Counted from the first letter of the whole stretch, positions 40,856 to 51,202 are shown. The stretch: 61,874 bases of DNA, filler included, from Candidatus Ancaeobacter aquaticus (GCA_030765405.1; 5 parts of 5 records of this genome joined end to end with filler, not necessarily neighbours in it), one strand, 5' to 3'. The notes: a model not told the origin generated them from the letters alone. Made by a program: numbers and translations.

Positions 40856-42366
40856 AAATAAATCGATTAGTTGTTTTTCTGTGCGTTACTTTTGTCACAG
40901 TCGTTTGTTTTGCGCAGTATGCAGTATCGGAGGAGAACCCTGATGAGCTTGTAGTCGCCGGTAAAAAACTCGAAGAAAAGACTTTTTACAAAAAAGCGTA
41001 TGCACAATACCTTAAAGCCCATGATCTCTTCGTTGAAAAGAGTGATAAAATAAACGCCAGAAAAGCACTCGAATCAATGTATGGTACTGAGCGCAAACCA
41101 TTGGAGTATCCGCTTTCACAAGAAGAGGTTAAAACCATTCTCGCAAAGAATTTTTCGGATGTTTCAGATAAAGAGCGTGCCCAGTGGATCAGTAGCGGAA
41201 AACTTGATCATCTTATTGTTGATGGCAATCCTCAGTATTTTTGCGGTACGATAGATAATATCAGATACAGAAACATCGATCTTATGCGTGCATATACCTC
41301 GAAAGAGAAAAAAACAAATCCGTTTTATGAAAAGTTAAAGGATATTGTCTTTAAGGACAAGGATAGCGGGTATCCGCGTGAGGACTGGAGACCATACATT
41401 AACCCCGTTACATTTCTTTATAAAGGAAGTATGACGATTCCCCGAAAAGAGTTGCCTGCAAAAGGGGTCTTAAAGCTATGGGTGCCGTTGCCGGTACAGA
41501 CGCAAGCACAATCAAATATAAAAATAATTAACGTAGAACCAAGTGAGTATATAAAAGCGCCTTATCGGACAGATACCGAACTTGGGCAAATATATATTGA
41601 AGTACCACTCGATGAGCTCAAAAGTGATCTGTCGGTCGAAGCGGTATATATGTTTACCCATTACGAAAAACGATTTGTGATAGATCCCGATGCTGTCGGA
41701 GACTATGATAAAAACGATGCGCTCTACAAGAAATACACCAAATCAAGCCCAAGCATTCTTGTTTCACCTGATGTGTGTAGTGAAGCAAAACGCGCTGTGG
41801 GAAATATTGATAATCCGTATCGTGCAGCGAAAAAACTCTATCAGTATGTACTCAATAACATAGCGTACAGTTTGATGCCTCATATAAGACTAGCTGCCGA
41901 GCAGATGAGCGAATCTGAATTTGTCTTTAAGAACAGGTACGGAGATTGCGGGAGCCAGAGCATGTATTTTTGTGCTTTATGCAGGTCTCTTGGCATCCCT
42001 GCACGGGCAATAGGTGGGCAGCAGTTGATACCGGGTGTCGCAGGTGACCATTTTTGGGCGGAGTTTTATCTCCCTAATTACGGGTGGATACCGGTTGATA
42101 CAACTATTGCGGAAACAGTGAATTATTTTGATGATATTTCCGAGGCAGACAAGAAAGCGTTTAAAGAATACTTTTTCGGAAATATGGATCCGTACCGTCT
42201 TGTCTTTCAAAAAGATGTTGATGCGCCACTTATTCCTGCGCCATCAGTGAGAGTTAGTTTGCCGATGGCAATACAGGAGCCCGCCGCAGTGTGTGAAACA
42301 GCGCCGTCAGATCCGGGAATACTTGTAGATAAATACTGGAAATTTAAAGTGTCTCCGGTGGAATAG
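40843..42366 (+). CDS. Exported transglutaminase-like protein; the annotated start lies inside the intron
   Basis: Signal peptide INRLVVFLCVTFVTVVCFAQ; GDCGSQS..CRSLGIPAR, HFWAEFY..GWIPVD. Confidence 0.88.
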   Translation: MSTRQINRLVVFLCVTFVTVVCFAQYAVSEENPDELVVAGKKLEEKTFYKKAYAQYLKAHDLFVEKSDKINARKALESMYGTERKPLEYPLSQEEVKTILAKNFSDVSDKERAQWISSGKLDHLIVDGNPQYFCGTIDNIRYRNIDLMRAYTSKEKKTNPFYEKLKDIVFKDKDSGYPREDWRPYINPVTFLYKGSMTIPRKELPAKGVLKLWVPLPVQTQAQSNIKIINVEPSEYIKAPYRTDTELGQIYIEVPLDELKSDLSVEAVYMFTHYEKRFVIDPDAVGDYDKNDALYKKYTKSSPSILVSPDVCSEAKRAVGNIDNPYRAAKKLYQYVLNNIAYSLMPHIRLAAEQMSESEFVFKNRYGDCGSQSMYFCALCRSLGIPARAIGGQQLIPGVAGDHFWAEFYLPNYGWIPVDTTIAETVNYFDDISEADKKAFKEYFFGNMDPYRLVFQKDVDAPLIPAPSVRVSLPMAIQEPAAVCETAPSDPGILVDKYWKFKVSPVE

Positions 42367-42380
42367 ATAAGAAGTTTTTC

Positions 42381-42554
42381 GTGGAGTATAAAACAAGCAG
42401 AATAGAAGCGTTAAGCGACGGTATTTTTGCGGTATCGATGACACTTCTCATCTTTGGTTTTGGGATCATGTTCCAGCCGCAAAAATCGATCGGGAACAGC
42501 CTGACAAAATCAGATGCTATCGCACCTTCTCTAAAGAACCACTGGTTTCTCTAA
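42381..42554 (+). pseudogene. Truncated TMEM175/DUF1211 potassium channel (N-terminal fragment)
   Basis: GTG start; RIEALSDGIFAVSMTLL signature, then a stop after 57 codons. Confidence 0.7.
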
Positions 42555-43012
42555 CCGGGTAATCTTCATGTTTTCAAAGATCATTCTTTTATCTTTACAG
42601 GATAACTGTGTCTTTTTTCGGCTATTGTTTGCTATCCCGTTTCTTTTGCTCTACTTCTTACTCTTTTCGAGATCGCTTCCTCGCGATGACTTCGCTAAAC
42701 GTCATTTCGCAGAAATCTTAATGAAGAGTTATGGAATGGTTACTCCGAAAATAGTATTACATGTAAGTGTAATACTATAAATGATTTACGTGTATTAATC
42801 CTAATATGTATGTGTGTCTTTTATTTGAGAATTTTAGAAGCCTCAAAAGACCCAAAATATCCGGAAGCACGAAAACTAGAAGAGGTAAGAAAAAAAGGGA
42901 CTTTTTATTTGTCAAATCGGCAAAAATCGTATTTAATATTAGGTTTACCCCACCACGAACTTGGTGTCTTTATAATTGAATTGATATGCAAGAAGGATGA
43001 AAGAAAGGAATC

Positions 43013-46000
43013 ATGATGATTGGTTTATTCTCCAAAACTTCCAGCAAGATTTCACAGGATAAGAATTCCGCCACCAAAACGAAAATGGCACGTTCCATGA
43101 AGTTAATTTTTCCGGCAATAATGTTACTGATAGGCGCATTGGTTGTCGCATGTGCTCACGCTCAAAACCTTGAATCTGAACAAAATAAATCTCAGCCTTC
43201 ATATACTATTATGGATGCAGAGAAACGAGGTGGTTTTGATATTGGTCCTGCAGTTAGTGGTGTGACAACAACGTTTGCTCAAGACCTCCTGCGTGATGTA
43301 GTGAAGTTCGATTTTGCGGCATCACCAAAGTCATATACCGGCGTTTTTACCAAGGGGTATCCGCAAACACTTAACGCTTCTTCTGCTGATGCGGTGACTA
43401 TTGGCATTAAAGCGAAAGAATCGGAACTGATAAAGCAAGTTGCGGTAAAAATTGAGATCAAGGGACCAAGAGGAATACAAACTGTTCCTATTCTATTAAA
43501 GAACGGCTGGAATTATACCCGTGTACCAATCAACTGGGACGGTATTGGCAGTCTGAGTGAAATCGTTTTTGTTATCACACCCATTATTAAAACCGGTCAG
43601 GTTGAAGGTATCCTATACTTAGACGCAGAATTTTTTACGTTAACATTTTTTGAAAAATATTGGACATTTATTAAGGTAGGCGTAGTTATAGCGCTCTGCC
43701 TGCTTATTTTTCTTCTCGTAGGAATATTGAGACTTCTCTTTGGGAGAAAATCACGGGCAAAAAGTGATATCCCCGTTATAGATACAAATATTGGTGGTTT
43801 CTTTACTCTTATTAAGACCGATCTCCTTTACGGAATAGTATCATTTATCCTGATTGGTAGTGCACTGTGGCTCTATAATTTAGGTACAGTAAATCACTTA
43901 AATGCCGGATTTAATTACCAGTTCATTTTTATTGCTTTGATCGGTGTTTTTCTTGCAGATATCTTAAAAGCGGGACATGTGGGTAGACACCTCACTGCCG
44001 GTGAAGCGTTTCAAACTGCTCTTATATCAGGTCTCCTTGCAGCATCATCAAGCTCAATGGAAATACTCCAAGCTCCTGCATCATGGGCCGGGGTATTAAC
44101 ACTTAACAAAGTTTTAGCGACAATATTTTTCCTTGTGTACCATATATCAAATGCGTGCGCTATTGCTGGTCGCGGTAAAGTTATCCGACCGATTACCGGC
44201 TTAATTATAGTACTTGCGCCATATACGCTTAATTGGCTCATGGTCTCAGAAAACGCACTTTTTATACAAAACTTTATTAATAGTGTTACCGGCAACATTT
44301 TGGCTGCTCAGCCGATTATCATGACAATTTTAGGCCGGTTATTTGTTGTTTTTATATTTAATGAGATCTTTGTTAATAGTATGAGTTTAGCAACAACCGG
44401 TAAGCTCATGAAAGACGTTAAGGGACACATCATAATGTTCCTTGTTGCACTTTATGTCTCTTGCGGATCCCTCATTGCAGATTTTGGTTCCACAGAAGCA
44501 GTATCAATGTTTCCGCTGCCGCTTATGGCACTTGCGGTTATTGTTGCATCGGCACTTTCATTCGGTGGGTTATGGGCTGAAGTATACCTTATTACCGGTG
44601 TCGCATTAGACGGCGGTAAACGTAACGCTCCTTCTGGGACGTCGCTTCTTGGACATGTTACATCAGGACTCAAAAAAGGTATAGCATACAGTACTATATT
44701 GATGACACTACTCTTTATTGTGCACATTATGTTAAATGTTGGTGCAATGAATCAACTAATGAAAACGTTACCGCTTGTCATAGGGGTGGTTGTAGGTTCA
44801 TTGGTGTTTCCTCTCATTAAAACGATTATTGAGTCATTTGATGGAAGCTTACCATTTTTAGCCAGAGCTCGGTACAGCTATAAGGACGGAGTGCTCTATG
44901 CACGTGGCGCTGTTGTCGGGTTTGGTTTTGCGTACGCGTTATCGAACGGTTTTATTCAACAAGCAATGCATCACCGTATTCTTTTTGGTCTTATAGTAGG
45001 ATTAATTGCATCTAGCGGTATAAGTATTGTCCGGGACGCTTTTTACGCTTCAAAAAATCAGGGCAAGATTCAGTCATGGAGGTTGTATTTTATTGACGGT
45101 TTGATGGGCGCGTTTGTCGGATGTGGCGTGGCATTCTATCTTGATGCCCTGCAGGTACCGGTTGTTGTTGAGAAGTTCAAGCTGTATACGAGTTCGGGTT
45201 TTGAGGCACGTGAATATGTTACCTATCCTTTAGTGAATAAATGGGGCCGCATCGATCTGGGTACATTTACCGGTGGCGCGAAACTGCTTTATACAGAATC
45301 ACTTGCAGGTGTTATTAACTGGTCAATTGCGGCATGGCTCTTTGCGATAAATAAAGCGTTTTTGCAAATGATCCTTGATAAACATACCGCTCCGGTAAGG
45401 AACTTCTTCTCGAAAGAAGGATTCGGTCTTTTAGTTGAAAATATGATCTTTGTATTACGGTGGGGATTATGGATGAGTCCAATCATCTTTACATTCCTGC
45501 GCATGATGCCTGATCCGACATGGTATAATCAGGATGGTGCTGTGAGGACAATGTTTGCGATATATCACGATGCAACGATGTCACCGGCAGCGTTCCGTGA
45601 ATGGAGCTTACAGGTTTTTGTCTATATCCTCGCATTTGATTTCTTCCGGGTTCTTATATGGATGGATCACATGGGTCTGCGTGTAGCGTCACTGGTAAAC
45701 TTAAGTTTTATCGGGTTAGATAAACTTGATGAAAAGATAGCGAAATTTATTGGCCCGGCAGCAGCACAGCGGTACATTCCCGAAGGCGTGAAACGTTTCG
45801 CGACATGGGCACCTCTTTTAATACCGTTTTTTATTCCCCGCGGACGAGAATGGGCAAGTGTCTGGAACACAGCAGCTGCTATTCAAAGTGCTGCAGAATT
45901 AAAAGAAGCGGGGCTTTTATCATCTGTTATGGGGCTCGGGGTGCCGCAAAAGATAGTGTTTGTTATTGTGGCGATATTTATCTGCGCAGTGCTTTCGTAT

Positions 46001-49000
46001 CTTTTCCGTGCATTACGTCGTCGTTCACTACGCAAAAAATTACATGTGAATAAACTGAATAACAGAATGTATAGAGTGTTTCTAAAAGAAAACGGTGAAA
46101 TATACAGTGAAATAGATCATAAGAAACCGACTGTATTCCCTAAAGAATACGATCTTTCACGTCGTTCATACGATACCATGGACCCGTGCGGCAGAGTGCT
46201 CTACATGGTTGATACAAAAGCTGAGGGCGGGAACGTATATTGGCCGCTTATCGGTAATTTTCCTCATGATAAGTTTAAAGCTTCAGATATAAAAATGGGT
46301 GATGAAGTTCTCCATGTCAAGAATGACAATAATGGGATCAAAACAAAGATAGATATAACGTTACCGGACCAGTTTGCAACAACAGAAATCTGGAACGTAA
46401 CTATTAAAAATACCACCGATCAGGAAAAAGAGCTTAAACTTGTCCCGTATCTTGAGTGGGTATTAAACGGTGGTTTGCATGATAGGTTCCATACACAATA
46501 TACCCGTTTATTGATTGAGATGGAGTATGTGAGAGAAAAGAATGCGGTACTTGCATGGCAGAAATCAACAAAGTCTATGGGTATTCTTGCAGCGGACGTA
46601 GGTCCAGACGGGTTCCTTACATCTCGCATGGATTTTATTGGTCGTGCACAAAGCATTTGGCGTCCACGTATACTTGATACAATGGATTATTCACCTGCAC
46701 GTGATACAGAGGCATATCCGTCATTTGAACCGATCGGCTCTTTGTTTATTAATGCGACAGTAAAACCAAAAGAAACGAAAACAATCCGTCTTATGATCGG
46801 GTACGCGAAGAAACGAGATGAAGCAATAAAAATGATCGATACATTCTTGAAGCCTACGCAATCGGAAACAATACCGCCTGAAAAAGTTAAAAAGAATAAT
46901 CTATTGATAGGTCATGGTGAGATCCTTCCGGGAACACCGCAGCCGTATTCAGAATATATCGATGACGGCAACAAGATCCTGGTAAAGACACCATACACGC
47001 CGCGTCCATTTGACCATGCAATGAGTAATCCTCTTCATTCTGTTATGGTAACAAACAGAGGATTACATACATCATGTAATGGTAACTCTCAGCAAAATCG
47101 TCTGACACCTGATTGGCCGGACACTTGTAGTCAGGAATTACCGGCTGAAGCGATATATTTATATGATGTTGATCGCAAAGAATGGTATTCACCTTGTTAC
47201 TATCCGCTATTTGAGAAAAACGCCTCTTATGAATCAGAGTTTGGCGTGGATGGTACAGCAGTTTTTCGTATGGGACGAGGAACACTTGCAACGGAACTGA
47301 CCGTATTTGTGCCGCAAGACGAACCTCTGGGCATATATTACCTGACAATTAAAAACCATTCTGAAAAACCGCGCAAAATGCGTATGGCATCATACTTTGA
47401 AATGGTCTTAGAATTCATGCCTGAAAAATCAGGTGTCCTGCAGAAACGAATCGATAAAGCGATGAGTGCTATATACTATAAAAATCCGCGTAATTTATTC
47501 CGTCGTGGATGGGCGTTTGCATCTATGTCAGTTCCTTCAAATGTCATTGAAACAAAGAGAGGCAGATTCTTTGGTAAGGGTAGAGGTATATCTCATCCAT
47601 ATTTAGTTGAGAATGGAACGCCGGATACGTCACACTTATCAGATAATCAGCAAATTGCGGGTCTCTTAACAACAATAGAGATCCCTGCACGTGATGAATG
47701 CACTATAGCGATCGTTATGGGGCAAGCGGACACAAAACGTGAAGCGAAACAACTGGTACAGAAATACAAGAATATTGAAAATGTTGAAAAAACATTAACT
47801 GATACACGTAACTGGTGGCTCAGTCTTATGACAACAGTACGGTTTGAGACATCACATCAGGAATTTAATTATCTCCAAAACTGGTTAAAGTATCAGGGGC
47901 TTGCGGAACGTATTTGGGCGCGAAGAGGATTTTACCAAACAAGCGGCGCGTTTGGTTTCCGTGATCAGCTCCAAGATACAGTGAATCTCATGTGGGTTGA
48001 TCCTGCACTTGCACGCAAACAAATATTATTGCACGCCTCACAACAGTTTCCTGAAGGTGATGTGTTTCACTGGTTCTTTACATTAACTGATGGCCGTACA
48101 GCGTTTTCATGCCGTACACATGCCTCAGATAACCCTGCGTGGTTACCGTGGGCAGTTGTGGAGTATACGCGGTGCACGGGAGATAAGACACTTCTTGATG
48201 AGAAGACAACATATGCTGAAAGTGAATTCCCGTTTGCGCCTCTTCCAGCAAATTTAGGCGGAATAGGGCACATGTATCATCGTTCAACACGATCAGATAC
48301 AGTATACAAGCATTGTCTGAAATCACTTGATCTGATACTGACAAAGCGTACAGGGGAAAACGGTTTACCTCATATACGTACAGGTGACTGGAACGACGGA
48401 CTTGATGAGATCGGTAGTCACGGCAAGGGTGAAAGTGTATGGCTTGGATTCTTTGTCTATTATATATTGAAGAACATGGTTGATATTATCGGTGAGAAAG
48501 AAGGCGATAAACGTAAAGCGTATTATGTAAAGAAGATGAATGAGCTTGGTGAGTCTATCGAAAAGACATGGAGAGAAGATAGGTATTTACGTGCATTTCA
48601 CGATGATGGTACAGAAATCGGTATTAAAGGCAGCGGTATCTGGGAAACAGATGCACTCACAGCTGCATGGGCAGTTATGGCAGATATTAACTTTGATCAT
48701 GCGGTAACAGCGTTTAATACTTCATTGAGTGTTTTAGAGAGAGAGAATACGATCTTGCTTGGATGGCCCGCATTACGTGAAGATTCTAAACCGTATCTTG
48801 GAAGAAGTAGTAAGTATCCTGAAGGTGTACGCGAAAACGGTATGTATTGCCATGGTGTGCAGTGGCTTGTTAAAGCTGCCCGATTACTTGCAGAGAAATT
48901 TGAGCAGCAGGGTAATCAGCGAAAAGCGGACGAATACCGAGCTGCGGCATACAGACTGTGGATGAAAATAGCGCCGATCGCGCATTGTGAAGGAGACGAG

Positions 49001-49264
49001 ATCGAGAGATATGGTGGCCAGCCAAACAAACAATGTGCAGATATATTAACAAACTATGAAGTCGGCCGAATGATATGGCACGGATACACCGGTGCCGCGG
49101 GTTGGATGATACGGCAAGCAATGGAGGGAATTGTTGGGGCAACGCTTGTTAATAACGAGATGATCGTGCCGGGTGATCTTGAAAAGCCACGAGGCGATCT
49201 GAAAATATATAGTGTTGTAAGAGATTTAACTAACAGCCCGATAAAAAAATCACCTAAGAAATAA
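43013..49264 (+). CDS. 2083-aa polytopic membrane protein fused to a GH94 (Cgs/NdvB C-terminal-like) phosphorylase
   Basis: Many hydrophobic segments at about aa 215-995; GAFGFRDQLQD, GDWNDG, GESVWL, GVRENG, YTGAAGW. Confidence 0.85.
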   Translation: MMIGLFSKTSSKISQDKNSATKTKMARSMKLIFPAIMLLIGALVVACAHAQNLESEQNKSQPSYTIMDAEKRGGFDIGPAVSGVTTTFAQDLLRDVVKFDFAASPKSYTGVFTKGYPQTLNASSADAVTIGIKAKESELIKQVAVKIEIKGPRGIQTVPILLKNGWNYTRVPINWDGIGSLSEIVFVITPIIKTGQVEGILYLDAEFFTLTFFEKYWTFIKVGVVIALCLLIFLLVGILRLLFGRKSRAKSDIPVIDTNIGGFFTLIKTDLLYGIVSFILIGSALWLYNLGTVNHLNAGFNYQFIFIALIGVFLADILKAGHVGRHLTAGEAFQTALISGLLAASSSSMEILQAPASWAGVLTLNKVLATIFFLVYHISNACAIAGRGKVIRPITGLIIVLAPYTLNWLMVSENALFIQNFINSVTGNILAAQPIIMTILGRLFVVFIFNEIFVNSMSLATTGKLMKDVKGHIIMFLVALYVSCGSLIADFGSTEAVSMFPLPLMALAVIVASALSFGGLWAEVYLITGVALDGGKRNAPSGTSLLGHVTSGLKKGIAYSTILMTLLFIVHIMLNVGAMNQLMKTLPLVIGVVVGSLVFPLIKTIIESFDGSLPFLARARYSYKDGVLYARGAVVGFGFAYALSNGFIQQAMHHRILFGLIVGLIASSGISIVRDAFYASKNQGKIQSWRLYFIDGLMGAFVGCGVAFYLDALQVPVVVEKFKLYTSSGFEAREYVTYPLVNKWGRIDLGTFTGGAKLLYTESLAGVINWSIAAWLFAINKAFLQMILDKHTAPVRNFFSKEGFGLLVENMIFVLRWGLWMSPIIFTFLRMMPDPTWYNQDGAVRTMFAIYHDATMSPAAFREWSLQVFVYILAFDFFRVLIWMDHMGLRVASLVNLSFIGLDKLDEKIAKFIGPAAAQRYIPEGVKRFATWAPLLIPFFIPRGREWASVWNTAAAIQSAAELKEAGLLSSVMGLGVPQKIVFVIVAIFICAVLSYLFRALRRRSLRKKLHVNKLNNRMYRVFLKENGEIYSEIDHKKPTVFPKEYDLSRRSYDTMDPCGRVLYMVDTKAEGGNVYWPLIGNFPHDKFKASDIKMGDEVLHVKNDNNGIKTKIDITLPDQFATTEIWNVTIKNTTDQEKELKLVPYLEWVLNGGLHDRFHTQYTRLLIEMEYVREKNAVLAWQKSTKSMGILAADVGPDGFLTSRMDFIGRAQSIWRPRILDTMDYSPARDTEAYPSFEPIGSLFINATVKPKETKTIRLMIGYAKKRDEAIKMIDTFLKPTQSETIPPEKVKKNNLLIGHGEILPGTPQPYSEYIDDGNKILVKTPYTPRPFDHAMSNPLHSVMVTNRGLHTSCNGNSQQNRLTPDWPDTCSQELPAEAIYLYDVDRKEWYSPCYYPLFEKNASYESEFGVDGTAVFRMGRGTLATELTVFVPQDEPLGIYYLTIKNHSEKPRKMRMASYFEMVLEFMPEKSGVLQKRIDKAMSAIYYKNPRNLFRRGWAFASMSVPSNVIETKRGRFFGKGRGISHPYLVENGTPDTSHLSDNQQIAGLLTTIEIPARDECTIAIVMGQADTKREAKQLVQKYKNIENVEKTLTDTRNWWLSLMTTVRFETSHQEFNYLQNWLKYQGLAERIWARRGFYQTSGAFGFRDQLQDTVNLMWVDPALARKQILLHASQQFPEGDVFHWFFTLTDGRTAFSCRTHASDNPAWLPWAVVEYTRCTGDKTLLDEKTTYAESEFPFAPLPANLGGIGHMYHRSTRSDTVYKHCLKSLDLILTKRTGENGLPHIRTGDWNDGLDEIGSHGKGESVWLGFFVYYILKNMVDIIGEKEGDKRKAYYVKKMNELGESIEKTWREDRYLRAFHDDGTEIGIKGSGIWETDALTAAWAVMADINFDHAVTAFNTSLSVLERENTILLGWPALREDSKPYLGRSSKYPEGVRENGMYCHGVQWLVKAARLLAEKFEQQGNQRKADEYRAAAYRLWMKIAPIAHCEGDEIERYGGQPNKQCADILTNYEVGRMIWHGYTGAAGWMIRQAMEGIVGATLVNNEMIVPGDLEKPRGDLKIYSVVRDLTNSPIKKSPKK

Positions 49265-49510
49265 GTTGCACGTTTTATTTTAAGATACTATAGGGTGAAA
49301 GTCCCGAACAAGCCCGGTCGTGGGAACTGTTAGCGACTCTGCAAGGGTGTTAATCATGAGGTTGGATCTGAAGGAAGCGTATAGCAAAGTACTGGCCTGA
49401 CGAACAGGAAGCGCAAAGATTCAAAGCCCAATAACGACGAAACACATAGACGTATATGTGACAGGCATAAGTGTGAAAGTGAGTGTGTATTACCCGGGGA
49501 GATCTGAGGG
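49265..49510 (+). mobile_element. Group IIC intron 5' remnant (domain I only)
   Basis: TATAGGGTGAAAGTCCCGAAC, ACTGTTAGC, GCAAGGGTG, ATCTGAAGGAAGCG, TTACCCGGGGAGATCTG appear in the order typical of IIC domain I; no ORF or DV follows. Confidence 0.8.
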
Positions 49511-49585
49511 TTTGTTTTTTTTCTTCATAAACATCCCATATATTATTATAGCAAAATAGTGAATAAATGGCATTGTTATTTAATG

Positions 49586-49616
49586 AAAAAGGAGAAGGGT
49601 TGCAGTTCCCTTTTTT
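49586..49616. terminator. Probable terminator between convergent genes
   Basis: AAAAAGGAGAAGGGTTGCAGTTCCCTTTTTT. Confidence 0.5.
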
Positions 49617-50029
49617 TATTCTGCTTTCATCGGTCCGAGAAGAAATTCTGGCATTTCCTGCAGTTCACCGTCTTTATTGATGCAGGCGATTGTTGACGAT
49701 GCTTCCGCAATTAGTGTCTTTCCGTTATTCTTAGTCACTTTGTACGCATGTTCTATCGTTGCTGCGCGCACTCGTGTAACGGTGGTCTCAATATCAATCA
49801 GCTCATCATAATAGGCGGGAAATTTGTAGTTACAGGCGATTTTTACCACAGCAAAGAGTATCCCGTCTTTTTCACAATCGCTGTAGTTATATCCAAGTGA
49901 CCGCAAGTGTTCTACGCGCGCCATTTCAAAATATACAAAGTAATTTGAGTGGTGCACAACGCCCATTTGATCAACTTCAGGGTACCGTACTCTGATTTGT
50001 ATCTTATTAGTTTTTGGCTCATTAATCAT
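49616..50029 (-). CDS. Acyl-CoA thioesterase (YbgC/4HBT family)
   Basis: VRYPEVDQMGVVHHSNY..FEMAR. Confidence 0.9.
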   Translation of the reverse strand: MINEPKTNKIQIRVRYPEVDQMGVVHHSNYFVYFEMARVEHLRSLGYNYSDCEKDGILFAVVKIACNYKFPAYYDELIDIETTVTRVRAATIEHAYKVTKNNGKTLIAEASSTIACINKDGELQEMPEFLLGPMKAE

Positions 50030-50044
50030 GGAATATACCTATCT

Positions 50045-50204
50045 CCACCGCGTAGGAATCACTTTGTGCCACCTACGCGGTGAACTCGTGGTTCGTAATC
50101 GATTCACGATACACGAACTACGATTCACTTTTTTAGCGTATAGCGCGTAGCGGTTAGATATTACTAAATAGGGATTTAAACTATACGCTCTACGCTAAAC
50201 GCTA
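50045..50204. repeat. Intergenic mosaic of a REP-like hairpin and inverted period-7 repeats
   Basis: CACCGCGTAGG..CCTACGCGGTG (50046-50082); CACGATA CACGAAC TACGATT; TAGCGTA TAGCGCG TAGCG versus TATACGC TCTACGC TAAACGC TA. Confidence 0.75.
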
Positions 50205-50208
50205 TTCG

Positions 50209-51105
50209 CTATTTAAGTTGTACTTCATGTCCCCCAAACTCATTCCGCAGCGCCGCAATAAATTTCTTGGTAAATGAGTTTCCTTCTTCAGTGTTATAGC
50301 GAACAGAAAGCGCGTGAGACAGTGTGTTATGTGGAGAGTTCGTCTCTTTTGCTGTTTCTTCTGCCCATTTTCCTGTTTCACCCCCACCGATCTTATCGGT
50401 GATCTTTTCGAGATTGGGGTCTTTACTGAAAGCATCCTGCGCAAGCTCGGTAAGCCATGAGCGGATAACGCTTCCATTCGACCATACTCGTGAAATATCT
50501 TTAAGATCAAGTTTATAGGGAGCGTTTTTCAGTTGTTCGTATCCTTCACCATAAGCTTGCAATAGCGCGTATTCAATACCGTTATGTATCATTTTTACAT
50601 AATGCCCTGCGCCTGACGGTCCCATGTAACCATACCCGTTTTTTATTGCGATCAGTTTGCATAACGGTTCGATCTTTTTGAATACTTCTTCTTTTCCGCC
50701 GATTGTAAGGCACGCACCGTTACGGGCACCGGTAAGACCACCGCTTGTACCGATATCAAGATACTCGATACTTTTCTCGGCACATTTTTCAGCTCTTTTT
50801 ATGGCGTCTTTATAGAAAGAGTTCCCTCCATCAATAATGATATCTTCTTGGGAAAGTAAGGGGAGTAATTGGTCTATAAACAAATCAACAACCGGTCCGG
50901 CAGTTACCATGAGCCATATTACCCGTGGCGCATTGAGTTTTTGTACGAGGTCTTCAACTGATGACGCACCGATCGCGCCTGCTGAAATTACTTCTTGTAA
51001 CGGTTTCTGACTTCTATTATATGCGATAACCTCAACTTTTTGTGAAAGGAGGTTACATACGATGTTCTTGCCCATTTTGCCTAAGCCGATAAACCCTATT
51101 TGCAT
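50209..51105 (-). CDS. gnd: 6-phosphogluconate dehydrogenase, decarboxylating (short form)
   Basis: GFIGLGKMG, DGGNSFY, GHYVKMIHNGIEY, RNEFGGH. Confidence 0.93.
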   Translation of the reverse strand: MQIGFIGLGKMGKNIVCNLLSQKVEVIAYNRSQKPLQEVISAGAIGASSVEDLVQKLNAPRVIWLMVTAGPVVDLFIDQLLPLLSQEDIIIDGGNSFYKDAIKRAEKCAEKSIEYLDIGTSGGLTGARNGACLTIGGKEEVFKKIEPLCKLIAIKNGYGYMGPSGAGHYVKMIHNGIEYALLQAYGEGYEQLKNAPYKLDLKDISRVWSNGSVIRSWLTELAQDAFSKDPNLEKITDKIGGGETGKWAEETAKETNSPHNTLSHALSVRYNTEEGNSFTKKFIAALRNEFGGHEVQLK

Positions 51106-51202
51106 AAACCCTCCCGTAAAAAAATATTTTCTTGCTATTTACCTGCGAATACTATAGTAATTAATAGTAGTTTTATCAATCATTATCTATAGCCAAAAAT
51201 CT

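Noticed and set aside
42568..43016. 70-aa and 68-aa ORFs upstream of the GH94 fusion
   Set aside because: No motifs or clear RBS; probably decayed or regulatory sequence.
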